Shown one piece after another: positions 55,445 through 64,000 of a stretch of 64,000 bases of DNA; position 1 is the first letter of the stretch; each line of letters starts with the position of its first letter. Below the pieces are notes generated by a model that saw nothing but the letters and a program-made list of their open reading frames with translations, did no database searches and was not told the DNA's origin. Location: NCBI GenBank assembly GCA_021797085.1, contig JAKAAG010000002.1, forward strand, positions 3,544 through 67,543, in the 5' to 3' direction. The translations under genes were made by a program, and so were the position numbers. The DNA is from Nanobdellota archaeon (GTDB lineage Archaea; Nanobdellota; Nanobdellia; Parvarchaeales; Parvarchaeaceae).

Positions 55445-57254
55445 CTTTTATCATTTCTAGTGCTATTTTGTAGGCTTCCTTAGCCTCAAAAGTTGTGCCT
55501 ATCCTATCTTTTAGATTTACTATAAGCGAATCGACTTTATTCAGCTTTTTGTCTTTTACCAGTTTCTCTATTTCATTCTTTAGTTCCTCGCTGCTTTTCT
55601 TTTTAAGGCCTTTTTCATTTATTATCTCATCAACGCTTTTGCCCGTCAATGCAATCCCTTCCATTATTATTCTTGCAGAATCTCTAACTATCTCATTGTC
55701 TTTTATTTTCTTCAGTATATCCTCTATATCTTTTTTATCTATCTCCTTTCCAAATTTTCTTCTAATATATTTCCAGTCCTCTACTGCAACCTGTATTATA
55801 ACATTAAACTCAATTCCTGTTTTATTGTTTAAGTATATTGCTTCGCTAAGTTTTCTTGAGGATATAAGCTGATCAAGAAACTCATCTGATATATTAAGTG
55901 AGGCTTTCAATGACTCTACACTCCTGCCAATGTACTCTTTTCCTTCTTCTAAAATTTCTTTTTCAATCTTTATTACTGGCAAATCAGTTTCAACGTACAT
56001 TCTGTCTTTTCCCCCCATCGGCCTTAAAAATCTAGTTGTATTGTCATCCTGCACAAGTCTTACCTCAGATGGCACGTCTTTAAGCAAAGAAGTAAGCCTT
56101 TCCTTAATTGCTTCCTCGGTAGCTTTTTCATACCCTTTGTCGCATATTGAAAATAGAAACGAGTCATTTTGGCTACAATTTAGTTTTTCTGCTATTCTAT
56201 TTTTTTCATTTTCGCTTATACCGTATGCGGGTAGCTCATCTAAATGTATTATACCATAGCCCAGTTTAATCTTAAGGTAATCGCTTATTTCGCTTCCAAA
56301 CCTTTTATTTTCGCAGACATATGTTCCAAGAAGTCCTTTTAGCCCCTCCAAATTCATGCCAATTATGCTTTTTCCGTTTTTTATTGCATTCTTTATAAGG
56401 TTTGATTCAGTGCTTTCTAATACCTCCTTTATGTCTTTAAACTGCCAATTTTCAATCTCTTTTGTAATATAACCAAAGTCATTCTTTATTTTTATTAGGT
56501 TTTCCTGCCTTTTTGCTTCGTTTAATATGACCTTGTCCATCTCTCTTATGTTCTGAAATCCTTTCAGCTCTACCCTTTTTCCTCCTTCAATTGAAAGGTT
56601 TACATCCTGCCTTATAGTGCCTATCCCCCTTTTAACATTGAACAGCCTTGTAAACTTTCCAAATTGCATCGCTATCTCCTTTGCTTCATTTTCATCAGTT
56701 TCTATTACTCCCGTTGCAATTTCTATCAAAGGTATGCCTATCCTGTCTAGAAAATAGACAGTTTCTTCTTTGCTTTCTGTTTCCTTTCTGGCCGAATCTT
56801 CTTCTATTGATATGGTGTCAATCTTTATCTTTTTCTCTTTGAAAGGAAACTCGCCGTTCACTGCTAAAATTGCCGTTCTCTGAAAACCGGTTGTATTAGA
56901 CCCATCTACTATTGTCTTTCTCATAAATATTAAATTGTTAAGTAAATATGCATTCAAAGCATAAGAAAGGTTAACTCCAGTAGAAAGTGCATCTCTATCT
57001 ATAGAATGTGGTGGCTCTTCGTCTATATCCACCAAACAGTCAGTGTCATTAAAAACCTTGTACACTATTTTTTTTGTCTTCCGGCCTTCAAATTCTGCGC
57101 TTATATCTATCTTCCCACTTTCACCGAAAGACGGTCTTATCAGCCTTTTTATCTCCGAGTAGTCTTTATTCTCCTTTATCTCTGATTTACATCGGCAGAA
57201 AAGCTTGCCAGAATCTATCTGCACATGCCATTCAAAGCCGCATCTTATTTTCAT
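55431..57254 (-). CDS. gatE: Glutamyl-tRNA(Gln) amidotransferase subunit E
   Basis: 607 aa. N-terminal GFEWHVQ block, GatB-like core and C-terminal YqeY-like tail. Coupled to gatD by a 4-nt overlap. Confidence 0.92.
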   Translation of the reverse strand: MKIRCGFEWHVQIDSGKLFCRCKSEIKENKDYSEIKRLIRPSFGESGKIDISAEFEGRKTKKIVYKVFNDTDCLVDIDEEPPHSIDRDALSTGVNLSYALNAYLLNNLIFMRKTIVDGSNTTGFQRTAILAVNGEFPFKEKKIKIDTISIEEDSARKETESKEETVYFLDRIGIPLIEIATGVIETDENEAKEIAMQFGKFTRLFNVKRGIGTIRQDVNLSIEGGKRVELKGFQNIREMDKVILNEAKRQENLIKIKNDFGYITKEIENWQFKDIKEVLESTESNLIKNAIKNGKSIIGMNLEGLKGLLGTYVCENKRFGSEISDYLKIKLGYGIIHLDELPAYGISENEKNRIAEKLNCSQNDSFLFSICDKGYEKATEEAIKERLTSLLKDVPSEVRLVQDDNTTRFLRPMGGKDRMYVETDLPVIKIEKEILEEGKEYIGRSVESLKASLNISDEFLDQLISSRKLSEAIYLNNKTGIEFNVIIQVAVEDWKYIRRKFGKEIDKKDIEDILKKIKDNEIVRDSARIIMEGIALTGKSVDEIINEKGLKKKSSEELKNEIEKLVKDKKLNKVDSLIVNLKDRIGTTFEAKEAYKIALEMIKDEKD

Positions 57255-58549
57255 ATCAAAAACTCGTCTATTTCCCTCCTCTCTTTTATTTCACCTGCTA
57301 AGTTAGTTGACATCATTTCTTTTACATCATCAAGTTTTTTGCTGTTTCCAAGGGCAAACATGAGTTTTACGAATGCCGTTTCAGTTGTCATGTCACCTAC
57401 GTATATGATATTTTCAAATCCTGAAATTTCACGCAATGTGCTGTATACAAACTTGTTTGTTGAGCCATAAATTGTTTGGGAAGTAATAACTATCGGTATC
57501 CCTTCCTTTTCTGCCTTTTTTAATGCGCTTACAACTGTTTTGTCTTCCAATGGCAGGTTGCCAAAACCAGTTGCAGCAATCACCAATCCATGCACTTTGT
57601 TGTCAAGGTAGTAATCTATTATATCTCCACCCATTGAGGGGTAGCCGTATATTAATTTTACCTTGTCATCTATTTTGTCGTTTAATTTTGTATCTTCCCT
57701 CTTAGCGATTATTTCCGAAGAAAGCTCGCTTATTTTTCCGTCAGTATAAACTTTGGCAAGTGGTTTAATGTTTATCGGCCTAAAGGCATCTCTTCTTTCA
57801 GTGTGCATTTTTCTTGCTTTGTTTCCCCTTAAGATATAATTATATTCATCGTTTAGGTTTGCATGCATGCAAATCACAGATTCGCCGCCAGGAAAGTTCT
57901 TTGCTGTAAATGCTGACAAAAGCAGGTTTGTAGACGCATCCGTTGATCCTCTATCAGTGCTTCTTTGAGATCCTGTAAAAACCACCGGAACGGAAAGTGG
58001 ATTCAATAGAAAAGAAAGAGCGGCTGAAGCAAAATGCATGGTATCAGTACCGCTTGTCACTATCACGCCTTTGCTGCCGTTTTTTATGCTTGTATATGAT
58101 TCTCTTGCTATTTTTATCCAGTCCGATGGCAACATATTCTCAGACAGCTTTCTCATTAAGTTTACCACTGCTATCTTTCCCTGTTTTTGCAGGCCGGGGG
58201 AAATTTGGAAGTAATAGTTGCTGTCTACAGATGGTGAAACCCCGCCGGTTTTATAATCTATCTTCGAGGATATAGTTCCGCCAGTCGTTATCATTGTTAT
58301 GTCTGGATTTTCAATTTTTGTTTTATTCTCTTTCTCCTCTTCTTTTTCTTCGTTTCTTGCTTTCTCTATAACAGATATGCTATCAACAGTCTCTTTTGGA
58401 AGGGCTATATCGTATCCCGATTTTAGTTTGATTATTATGAGATTTTCTTCTTCCCTTATGAATTCGCCATTAAACAACTGATTGTTTATCTTTATCTCTA
58501 TTACATCTCCGAAGGACAGGCTTTTAGCCTCTATTTTTTTTGCATTCAT
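57251..58549 (-). CDS. gatD: Glutamyl-tRNA(Gln) amidotransferase subunit D
   Basis: 432 aa. Asparaginase-like motifs TTGGTISS and HGTDTM-equivalent SGTDTM. Confidence 0.92.
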   Translation of the reverse strand: MNAKKIEAKSLSFGDVIEIKINNQLFNGEFIREEENLIIIKLKSGYDIALPKETVDSISVIEKARNEEKEEEKENKTKIENPDITMITTGGTISSKIDYKTGGVSPSVDSNYYFQISPGLQKQGKIAVVNLMRKLSENMLPSDWIKIARESYTSIKNGSKGVIVTSGTDTMHFASAALSFLLNPLSVPVVFTGSQRSTDRGSTDASTNLLLSAFTAKNFPGGESVICMHANLNDEYNYILRGNKARKMHTERRDAFRPINIKPLAKVYTDGKISELSSEIIAKREDTKLNDKIDDKVKLIYGYPSMGGDIIDYYLDNKVHGLVIAATGFGNLPLEDKTVVSALKKAEKEGIPIVITSQTIYGSTNKFVYSTLREISGFENIIYVGDMTTETAFVKLMFALGNSKKLDDVKEMMSTNLAGEIKERREIDEFLI

Positions 58550-58699
58550 TATAATAATTGCTGCTATAATGTTTTAACTCTTTTCATTTCTTATTTTTAC
58601 ATTATAAATAGTTTTAATAACCGCAAAAGAAAGTGTATACTCTATGACAATAAACTTTTTAAATGAACAACAATTACTATTGTTATTTAAATAAAATAG

Positions 58700-58729
58700 A
58701 AATTTGAATGTTGGGGAACATTCAAATTT
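58700..58729. promoter_or_regulatory. Perfect 13-bp inverted repeat with 4-nt GGGG spacer in the gatD-ftsZ divergent intergenic region
   Basis: AAATTTGAATGTT-GGGG-AACATTCAAATTT read directly. A second imperfect hairpin (AACAACAAT-TACT-ATTGTTATT) lies just upstream at about 58664-58685. Confidence 0.5.
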
Positions 58730-58825
58730 TAATCGCAACATTGTAAGTTTTGGGGTCACTTACTTGTTTTTCTTAATAAAATATAGACGCATTGGGAATA
58801 TAAAGCTTTCGCTTTTGTTTCTAAT

Positions 58826-59926
58826 GTGATGGAGGGGAAAATGGTAATGGATTTGCTTGTTGAAAGCGCATTGAAAGCCAGCAGAGAAGAAGGTATGAAC
58901 GAACCTTTATTCAACCAGGCTTTAATAAAAGTTGTAGGAGTCGGCGGCGGCGGAAATAACATGGGCAATTGGCTCTTTAAGAAAGGAGTCAAGGGCGCGG
59001 AGGTAATTCTAGCTAACACAGATCAGATACAGTTAAACGCAAGGAATGGAGACAAAAAGATTCTTATCGGAAAAGAATTGACTAAGGGATTGGGTGCAGG
59101 CGGTTTTCCTGAAAAGGGAAAAATGGCTGCAGAGGAATCCTCTAGGGAACTTAAAGATTCTTTGAGAGGAGCAGACTTAGTTTTCGTATGCGCAGGTCTT
59201 GGCGGAGGAACTGGTACTGGTGCAGCACCTGTAATTGCAAAGCTTGCAAAGGACATGGGTGCTATTGTAATAAGCACTGTAACAATGCCTTTTAAGACTG
59301 AAAGGAAGAGGGTAGAATCCGCAGAAGCAGGATTGGAGGAATTGAGAAACAGTTCCGATACTGTTATTGTAATAGACAACAACAGGTTGGTAAGCATGGC
59401 TGGAAATCTGCCAATAGACCAGGCATTCAATGTAGCAAATGAAGTGGTTGCAACCATGATAAAAGGAATAGTTGAAACCATATCAGATGCAAGTGCATTG
59501 GTGCACCTTGACTTCGCAGACATAAAGGCAATAATGAATAAAGGTGGTGTTTCCGTGATAGGAATCGGTGAAACAGACGCTTCGGACTCAAGGGTAACCG
59601 AAGTAGTTAGAAGAGCACTGAACAATCCACTTTTGGACGTAAGCTACAAGGGCGCAAAGGGAGCTTTAATACACATCTCAGGAGGGCCTGATTTAACACT
59701 TGCAGAAGTGAATCAGATCGGTGAGATGGCAACTCAGTCCTTAGACCCTGATGCAGTGGTCATATGGGGCGCAAAGGTAGACGAGTCTCTGTCTGGAAAA
59801 TTGAGGGTCATGACAATAATAACGGGAGTAAGCTCTCCTTACTTATTGGGACCTGAAGAGATAAACACTCTTTCCAAGACTACTGGCGCAATAAACCAGG
59901 AACTTGGTATAGAGATACTTAAGTAA
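58826..59926 (+). CDS. ftsZ: Cell division GTPase FtsZ
   Basis: GVGGGGNN, the tubulin signature GLGGGTGTGAAPVIA and the T7 loop NxDFAD. A GGAGGGG Shine-Dalgarno-like element at 58831-58837 suggests the real start is ATG 58841 or 58847. Confidence 0.95.
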   Translation: MMEGKMVMDLLVESALKASREEGMNEPLFNQALIKVVGVGGGGNNMGNWLFKKGVKGAEVILANTDQIQLNARNGDKKILIGKELTKGLGAGGFPEKGKMAAEESSRELKDSLRGADLVFVCAGLGGGTGTGAAPVIAKLAKDMGAIVISTVTMPFKTERKRVESAEAGLEELRNSSDTVIVIDNNRLVSMAGNLPIDQAFNVANEVVATMIKGIVETISDASALVHLDFADIKAIMNKGGVSVIGIGETDASDSRVTEVVRRALNNPLLDVSYKGAKGALIHISGGPDLTLAEVNQIGEMATQSLDPDAVVIWGAKVDESLSGKLRVMTIITGVSSPYLLGPEEINTLSKTTGAINQELGIEILK

Positions 59927-59932
59927 ATTTTT

Positions 59933-59948
59933 GGCCCCGTTTGGGGCC
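59933..59948. terminator. GC-rich hairpin downstream of ftsZ
   Basis: GGCCCC-GTTT-GGGGCC immediately after the ftsZ stop, preceded by a T-run. GC-rich stems stand out in this AT-rich DNA. Confidence 0.5.
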
Positions 59949-59983
59949 TATATCCTATTTATCAAAATTTCCTCAAAAAATCG

Positions 59984-60005
59984 ACGGGGGTTTAAAAGCC
60001 CCCGT
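59984..60005. terminator. GC-rich hairpin between convergent ftsZ and padR-like genes
   Basis: ACGGGGG-TTTAAAAG-CCCCCGT. It lies 6 nt from the stop of the minus-strand PadR-like gene. Confidence 0.5.
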
Positions 60006-60010
60006 TCCCC

Positions 60011-60304
60011 CTATTTTTGGATTTCTAAATATAACCTTTCAAAGTAAGCAAGTGCCTTTTTTTCTTCTAAACGGCCTTTTTTAGTAATAGAATAAACTTT
60101 TCTTTTTCCCTGTCTTTTTCCCACTATGAACCCGCTGTTTGACAGCCTTTTAAGCGCAGGGTAAATAGTACTGGCTACTGGTTTTTTGCCCCTATATTTT
60201 TCTATGTTTCTGGCTATTTCCTCCCCACATAGGTTGTTTTTCTTAAGCATGTTTAGTATCTGAAAGGAAAGCATTCCACGCATGTCACAGCCATCCTTTG
60301 CCAT
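60011..60304 (-). CDS. PadR-family winged-helix transcriptional regulator
   Basis: 97 aa. The pattern LSFQILNMLKK..LCGEEIARNIE......STIYPALKRLSNSGFI......GKRKVYSITKKG is the PadR pattern. Confidence 0.8.
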   Translation of the reverse strand: MAKDGCDMRGMLSFQILNMLKKNNLCGEEIARNIEKYRGKKPVASTIYPALKRLSNSGFIVGKRQGKRKVYSITKKGRLEEKKALAYFERLYLEIQK

Positions 60305-60353
60305 AATCTATTATAAAGTTACTATTTTTATATATTTAATTGCTTATTAAGGC

Positions 60354-60821
60354 ATGCAAAGCAGTGAGGATTCATCAGACTTGCATAGTTTTTACAATTA
60401 TTTTGTTTCTTTCTCTAGAAAAAAGCTTGAAGAAATTCTTAAAGGCAAGCCTTTGGAAGAGAAGGCTATTTTGCAGTCAAATCTGAATATTTGCATAAAA
60501 AACTATGCTATAGTTACAGAAGTAGCAGAAAGGTTGCTAAGCTTAAGAAAAAACAGTAAAATGCTTTCTAATATAAAAATAGAATACAAATACCACAATC
60601 AAAGTATAATAGAAAAAGCTTACTTTAATTCAATTGATTATGTAGACAGGCTTTATCACGGTATAGGAAAGGATTTTATGGATGCTCTTAAATTAGAAAA
60701 TTCAACACAGTCTTTTTGTTTTGCAGAAGAAGACTTCAATTATATGGTGGAAAGTTTCATGTCAAATTATAGCGAAACAGTGAATGAAGAGTATGTGCCG
60801 GTTCTAAAGATTATAATATAA
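60354..60821 (+). CDS. Hypothetical protein
   Basis: 155-aa ORF divergent from the PadR-like gene. No motif recognised. Confidence 0.45.
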   Translation: MQSSEDSSDLHSFYNYFVSFSRKKLEEILKGKPLEEKAILQSNLNICIKNYAIVTEVAERLLSLRKNSKMLSNIKIEYKYHNQSIIEKAYFNSIDYVDRLYHGIGKDFMDALKLENSTQSFCFAEEDFNYMVESFMSNYSETVNEEYVPVLKIII

Positions 60822-60840
60822 CGGTTTACTTAATTTATAA

Positions 60841-61371
60841 ATGGGAAAATTAGTCTACAAATCTCCATTTGATACTCTTAGAATAGAAGAGAGTTATTCA
60901 AGAGTGAGAGGTAAAAAACTGAAAAACTTCAAGATACTTAAAAACGATGCAGTTGTAATACTTCCGTTTTTTGACAAAGATACAATAATTATGGAAGAGC
61001 AGTTTAGATTTGCAGTAAGCAAGAAAATACTGGAATTGCCTGCTGGTTCAATAGACAAAGGAGAAAGCAGGGAAAATGCGGTAAAGAGAGAACTAGCGGA
61101 AGAAACTGGCTATTACCCAAAAAAGATAAAATTCATGTTTAAAACCTGGAATAACCCTGCATTAATGGATTATTTTGAGTACTTCTATATTGCTTATGAC
61201 CTTGTTAAAAAGAAAAGAAACCTTGATGAGAATGAAGTTATAACGCCTATTAAAATTAAATTAAAAGACGCAATGGAAAAGGTATACAAAGGCAAAATCC
61301 TAGACACAAAAACGATGCTTGCATTACTTTTCTACAGTAATCTCAATAAAATTAATGGTTTAGGGCCTTAA
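60841..61371 (+). CDS. NUDIX hydrolase (ADP-ribose pyrophosphatase-like)
   Basis: Nudix box GSIDKGESRENAVKRELAEETG. Confidence 0.85.
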   Translation: MGKLVYKSPFDTLRIEESYSRVRGKKLKNFKILKNDAVVILPFFDKDTIIMEEQFRFAVSKKILELPAGSIDKGESRENAVKRELAEETGYYPKKIKFMFKTWNNPALMDYFEYFYIAYDLVKKKRNLDENEVITPIKIKLKDAMEKVYKGKILDTKTMLALLFYSNLNKINGLGP

Positions 61372-61372
61372 A

Positions 61373-61987
61373 ATGGAAGAACTGTTCGTTTCATTGCACT
61401 GCTTCAAGCTTAATTTGAATGAAAATAAAATAAACAAAAAGGAGTTAGCTGAAAGAATAAATGAACTTGCTGAGAAAACAGCAGGTGAAGGGATATTTAT
61501 ATGCCGACAGTATCTTTCCATAAAATATAATGCAGATTTGATACTTTTCAACATTGCAGAATCCTTTGATATTCTTCTTTCATTTAAGGAAAAGCTCATG
61601 GAAATTTTCAGCAATAACCTAAATGAAACATACAGTTATCTTTCAATCTATGAGCATCCAAATCCAAGTTACTTAAAGGAGGACAGCAAACTAAGGTACT
61701 TAGTTGCATATCCTGTAAAAAAAGATCCTAAATGGTATTTGCTGGAAGAGAAAGAACAGAATAGGATAACAAAAGAGCATGTAAACTTGGCAGTAAGCGA
61801 TCCAAACAATCAAAACATAAGGTCATATACAACTTATTCATTTGCCATCGATGACTATGAATTCCTTGTTCTTTATGAGGTGGAATCGCTTGCAAAATGG
61901 ATGAAAGTTGCAAGAAATCTGAGAAAGGCAGAGGCAAGGAACTGGATAATTGTGGAAAGCCCTGTTTTTGTAGGCAAGAAGGTTTAA
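61373..61987 (+). CDS. Chlorite dismutase-family (Cld/HemQ-like) protein, short form
   Basis: 204 aa. The blocks YLVAYPVKKDPKWYLL, EH.. and YEFLVLYEVESLAKWMKV resemble the ferredoxin-like Cld fold signature. Confidence 0.6.
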   Translation: MEELFVSLHCFKLNLNENKINKKELAERINELAEKTAGEGIFICRQYLSIKYNADLILFNIAESFDILLSFKEKLMEIFSNNLNETYSYLSIYEHPNPSYLKEDSKLRYLVAYPVKKDPKWYLLEEKEQNRITKEHVNLAVSDPNNQNIRSYTTYSFAIDDYEFLVLYEVESLAKWMKVARNLRKAEARNWIIVESPVFVGKKV

Positions 61988-62292
61988 TTCCCTTCCTTTA
62001 CCTCATTGAATATTTTGTGGTAAGGCCTGCCTTCTATTATGCTTTTCCCATATTCAGTTGTTTCATGGAATGCCTTAGCAGTCGTGAATTCTCTAAATGA
62101 ATCTACATCCTTCCATTCACTGTATATCATGTACTCAGTTGTGCTGCTTCCTTCTCCAACTTTCTTGTATATGCTGGCCTTTTCGAAGCCCTTTACGTTG
62201 TTTTTTAAATAGTCGACTACTTTTTGGAAAGTATCTTCAAACTCCTTTTCATGTCCTTTCTTGACGTTGTAGTACATTCCTACGTTTATCAT
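61984..62292 (-). CDS. Antibiotic biosynthesis monooxygenase (ABM) domain protein
   Basis: 102 aa with the ABM pattern (VKKGHEKEFE..F..V......G......Y........YMIYSEWKDVDSFREF). Confidence 0.7.
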   Translation of the reverse strand: MINVGMYYNVKKGHEKEFEDTFQKVVDYLKNNVKGFEKASIYKKVGEGSSTTEYMIYSEWKDVDSFREFTTAKAFHETTEYGKSIIEGRPYHKIFNEVKEGN

Positions 62293-62369
62293 GTTTTAAT
62301 TTGGTAATTTATGTATATTAATATTTGTATCGTATAAGCTATATATAAATAAAATACCTTAAGGTAAAT

Positions 62370-63293
62370 ATGTCAGAGCTTAAATGGATTGAAAAGGAAT
62401 TCCAAGGCCATGAAACATTTGATGGCGCAGGAGTTAGGCTTAAGAGGATATTTGGTGGTCCGAACTCCTATCTTTCGACAGATCCATTTCTGCTGCTAGA
62501 TCACTTCGGTTCTGATAAATTGGAGGATTACATTGCTGGTTTTCCTTGGCATCCACACAGGGGCATAGAGACTGTTACATATCAGTTGGAAGGGAAAACT
62601 GAACATGAAGACAGCGAAGGTAACAGAGGTGCAATATACCCTGGAGATCTGCAGTGGATGACTGCGGGTAGCGGCATATTCCATAAGGAAATGCCAAAAC
62701 CTCTCAATCCGAAGGATGAAAAAGAGAATTTACTGAGCACCGGTATGCCCAATTCGGTTGTCGGCATGCAGCTTTGGATAAACTTAACAAGAAAAAACAA
62801 AATGTCTAATCCCGTCTATAGGTACATAAGCGGCCGCAAGGTTCCAGAGATAGAAAATAATACTGGAGCAAAGGTAAAAATAGTATCTGGGGAGTTTTTG
62901 AAGAACTTAGGAGCTTTAAGGATGAATGATGAAAGGGACATTACATACTTGGATGTTAAAATGAGGGAAGAATCTAGTTTTGATTTTGAGGTTAAAAATG
63001 GTTACACCTCTCTAGTTTATGTTCTTACGGGTAAAGCAATGTTAAACGGCAAAGATCCTTTACTAAAGAGCAATGCATACCTATTTTCACATTCTGGTAC
63101 AAAAATAAACATAAAAACAGATCAGGAAAAAACTAGGTTTATACTGCTTGCAGGTAAAACAATAAGAGAGCCTATAGCCTGGTATGGCCCGATAGTTATG
63201 AACACAAACGATGAACTTTCACTGGCATTTAAGGAGTTGGACGAAGGAAATTTCATAAAGAATAAAAAGCCTTCTTTCCAAGATGTAGATTAA
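62370..63293 (+). CDS. Pirin-family bicupin (quercetin 2,3-dioxygenase-like)
   Basis: The FPWHPHRGIETVTYQLEG metal-binding motif plus a second cupin domain. Confidence 0.88.
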   Translation: MSELKWIEKEFQGHETFDGAGVRLKRIFGGPNSYLSTDPFLLLDHFGSDKLEDYIAGFPWHPHRGIETVTYQLEGKTEHEDSEGNRGAIYPGDLQWMTAGSGIFHKEMPKPLNPKDEKENLLSTGMPNSVVGMQLWINLTRKNKMSNPVYRYISGRKVPEIENNTGAKVKIVSGEFLKNLGALRMNDERDITYLDVKMREESSFDFEVKNGYTSLVYVLTGKAMLNGKDPLLKSNAYLFSHSGTKINIKTDQEKTRFILLAGKTIREPIAWYGPIVMNTNDELSLAFKELDEGNFIKNKKPSFQDVD

Positions 63294-63324
63294 GCTTATT
63301 ATAAGCTGGCAATTAATAGTATAA

Positions 63325-63789
63325 ATGAAATCTTTTATACAGGGAGTAATACCAAACGTTTCATATGCAAATAAAGACAGCAAGCTTCTGTACTTGTTTT
63401 TCAGCTCATCTGAAATGTTTCTAGTAGATGATTCAAAGGTTGACAATATTCTTTCAGAATCTCCAATTGGGATGTGGCCTGCAAGTGGCGCAGTCATAGA
63501 CGCAAGCACACCCTCTACAGAATTGTCAAATTTTAAAGAAAAGATGGGCAAAACTTATCTGGAAGACATTGATTATAATTTCCTAAAGGGCTTATCTTAT
63601 TCCATAGTAGAATATTCAGACATAGAAAAATTCAAGCTGCTTTCTGACAACTTGAATTTCATAAAAATAGAAATCGAAAAAGGGAAAGAGACGTTAAGCT
63701 TTATAACGGATTACATTGATTCAGCTCTTCTGGAGGAATACAAAAAAATGCTTTACGCATTGTTTGGCAGCAAGTTCTCATTCAATTAA
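63325..63789 (+). CDS. Hypothetical protein
   Basis: 154-aa ORF with no recognisable motif. Confidence 0.45.
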   Translation: MKSFIQGVIPNVSYANKDSKLLYLFFSSSEMFLVDDSKVDNILSESPIGMWPASGAVIDASTPSTELSNFKEKMGKTYLEDIDYNFLKGLSYSIVEYSDIEKFKLLSDNLNFIKIEIEKGKETLSFITDYIDSALLEEYKKMLYALFGSKFSFN

Positions 63790-64000
63790 TCAAGCCTTTT
63801 TATTATGTGGTAGCCAAACTGCGTTTTTACTGGCTGGGAAACCTGCCCTTTGTTCAAAGAAAATGCGGCTTTTTCAAATTCTTTTACCATAACGCCTCTG
63901 CCAAAATACCCCAAATCACCACCTCTTCTTCTTGAGCTGTCAATAGAAAACTGCTCCGCAAGCTTTGAAAAACTCTCTCCTTTGTTTATTTTCTCAAGTA
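63786..64000 (-). CDS. Parvulin-type peptidyl-prolyl isomerase (PpiC), C-terminal part; the 5' end lies beyond the window
   Basis: My translation of the minus strand is ..[70 protein letters not shown]. This is the parvulin signature. It is not in the ORF track because it has no start in the window. Confidence 0.8.
   Translation of the reverse strand, partial: LEKINKGESFSKLAEQFSIDSSRRRGGDLGYFGRGVMVKEFEKAAFSLNKGQVSQPVKTQFGYHIIKRLD

Noticed and set aside
58574-59019. Two minus-strand ORFs (61 and 87 aa) in or near the gatD-ftsZ spacer
   Set aside because: One spans AT-rich intergenic DNA containing the palindromes. The other runs antisense into the ftsZ 5' end. Neither has a motif or a ribosome-binding context. 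The non-coding elements there are reported separately.
59023-59625. 200-aa minus-strand ORF
   Set aside because: It is completely antisense to ftsZ, which has unambiguous tubulin-signature motifs. This is a shadow ORF.

Overview
This is a visibly AT-rich, very gene-dense archaeal chromosomal segment. Many gene pairs overlap by 1-4 nt (ATGA or TAATG junctions), and several convergent genes overlap at their 3' ends. Most of it is housekeeping. It encodes membrane-bound LonB, a Rio1-type kinase, a co-directional RtcB-archease-ThiI block, ribosomal proteins S8e and L41e (L41e is below the ORF-track cutoff), dCTP deaminase, Mre11-Rad50, TyrRS, RNase HII and endonuclease III. It carries the complete rpoH-rpoB''-rpoB'-rpoA'-rpoA''-L30e-NusA-S12-S7 operon with a naturally split B subunit. 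It also has TrmI, ABCE1, ThrRS, GatD/GatE, FtsZ, MscS, and a small PadR/Nudix/Cld-like/ABM/pirin neighbourhood. There are four tRNA genes: Ser-UGA, Ser-GGA, and Leu-UAA and Leu-CAA, both Leu genes with introns at the canonical 37/38 position. I saw no rRNA, CRISPR array, transposase, integrase or obvious prophage. FtsZ, GatDE, split RpoB, a Thermoplasma/Sulfolobus-type zinc ferredoxin, GLPSG-type surface-protein motifs and the extreme compaction point to a small-genome euryarchaeal or DPANN-like acidophile. That taxonomic call is low-confidence inference. The best candidate for a new system is the cassette at 46064-49031. It holds an unknown protein, two KaiC/RecA-like proteins with degenerate P-loops (one fused to a complete COG2229/MglA-type small GTPase) and a Roadblock/LC7 protein. 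Pilin-like genes lie upstream and an LMW phosphatase lies downstream. Other unusual items: an endonuclease IV-family TIM barrel split by a roughly 190-aa coiled-coil insertion, with a Tyr/Gly/Ser-rich tail, coupled to an NTase-HEPN-like gene; a Dph2 gene truncated to its first domain; at least five class III (prepilin-like) signal-peptide proteins with no assembly machinery in the window; and a perfect 13-bp inverted repeat between gatD and ftsZ. All functional calls come from motif recognition by eye. No database search was run.
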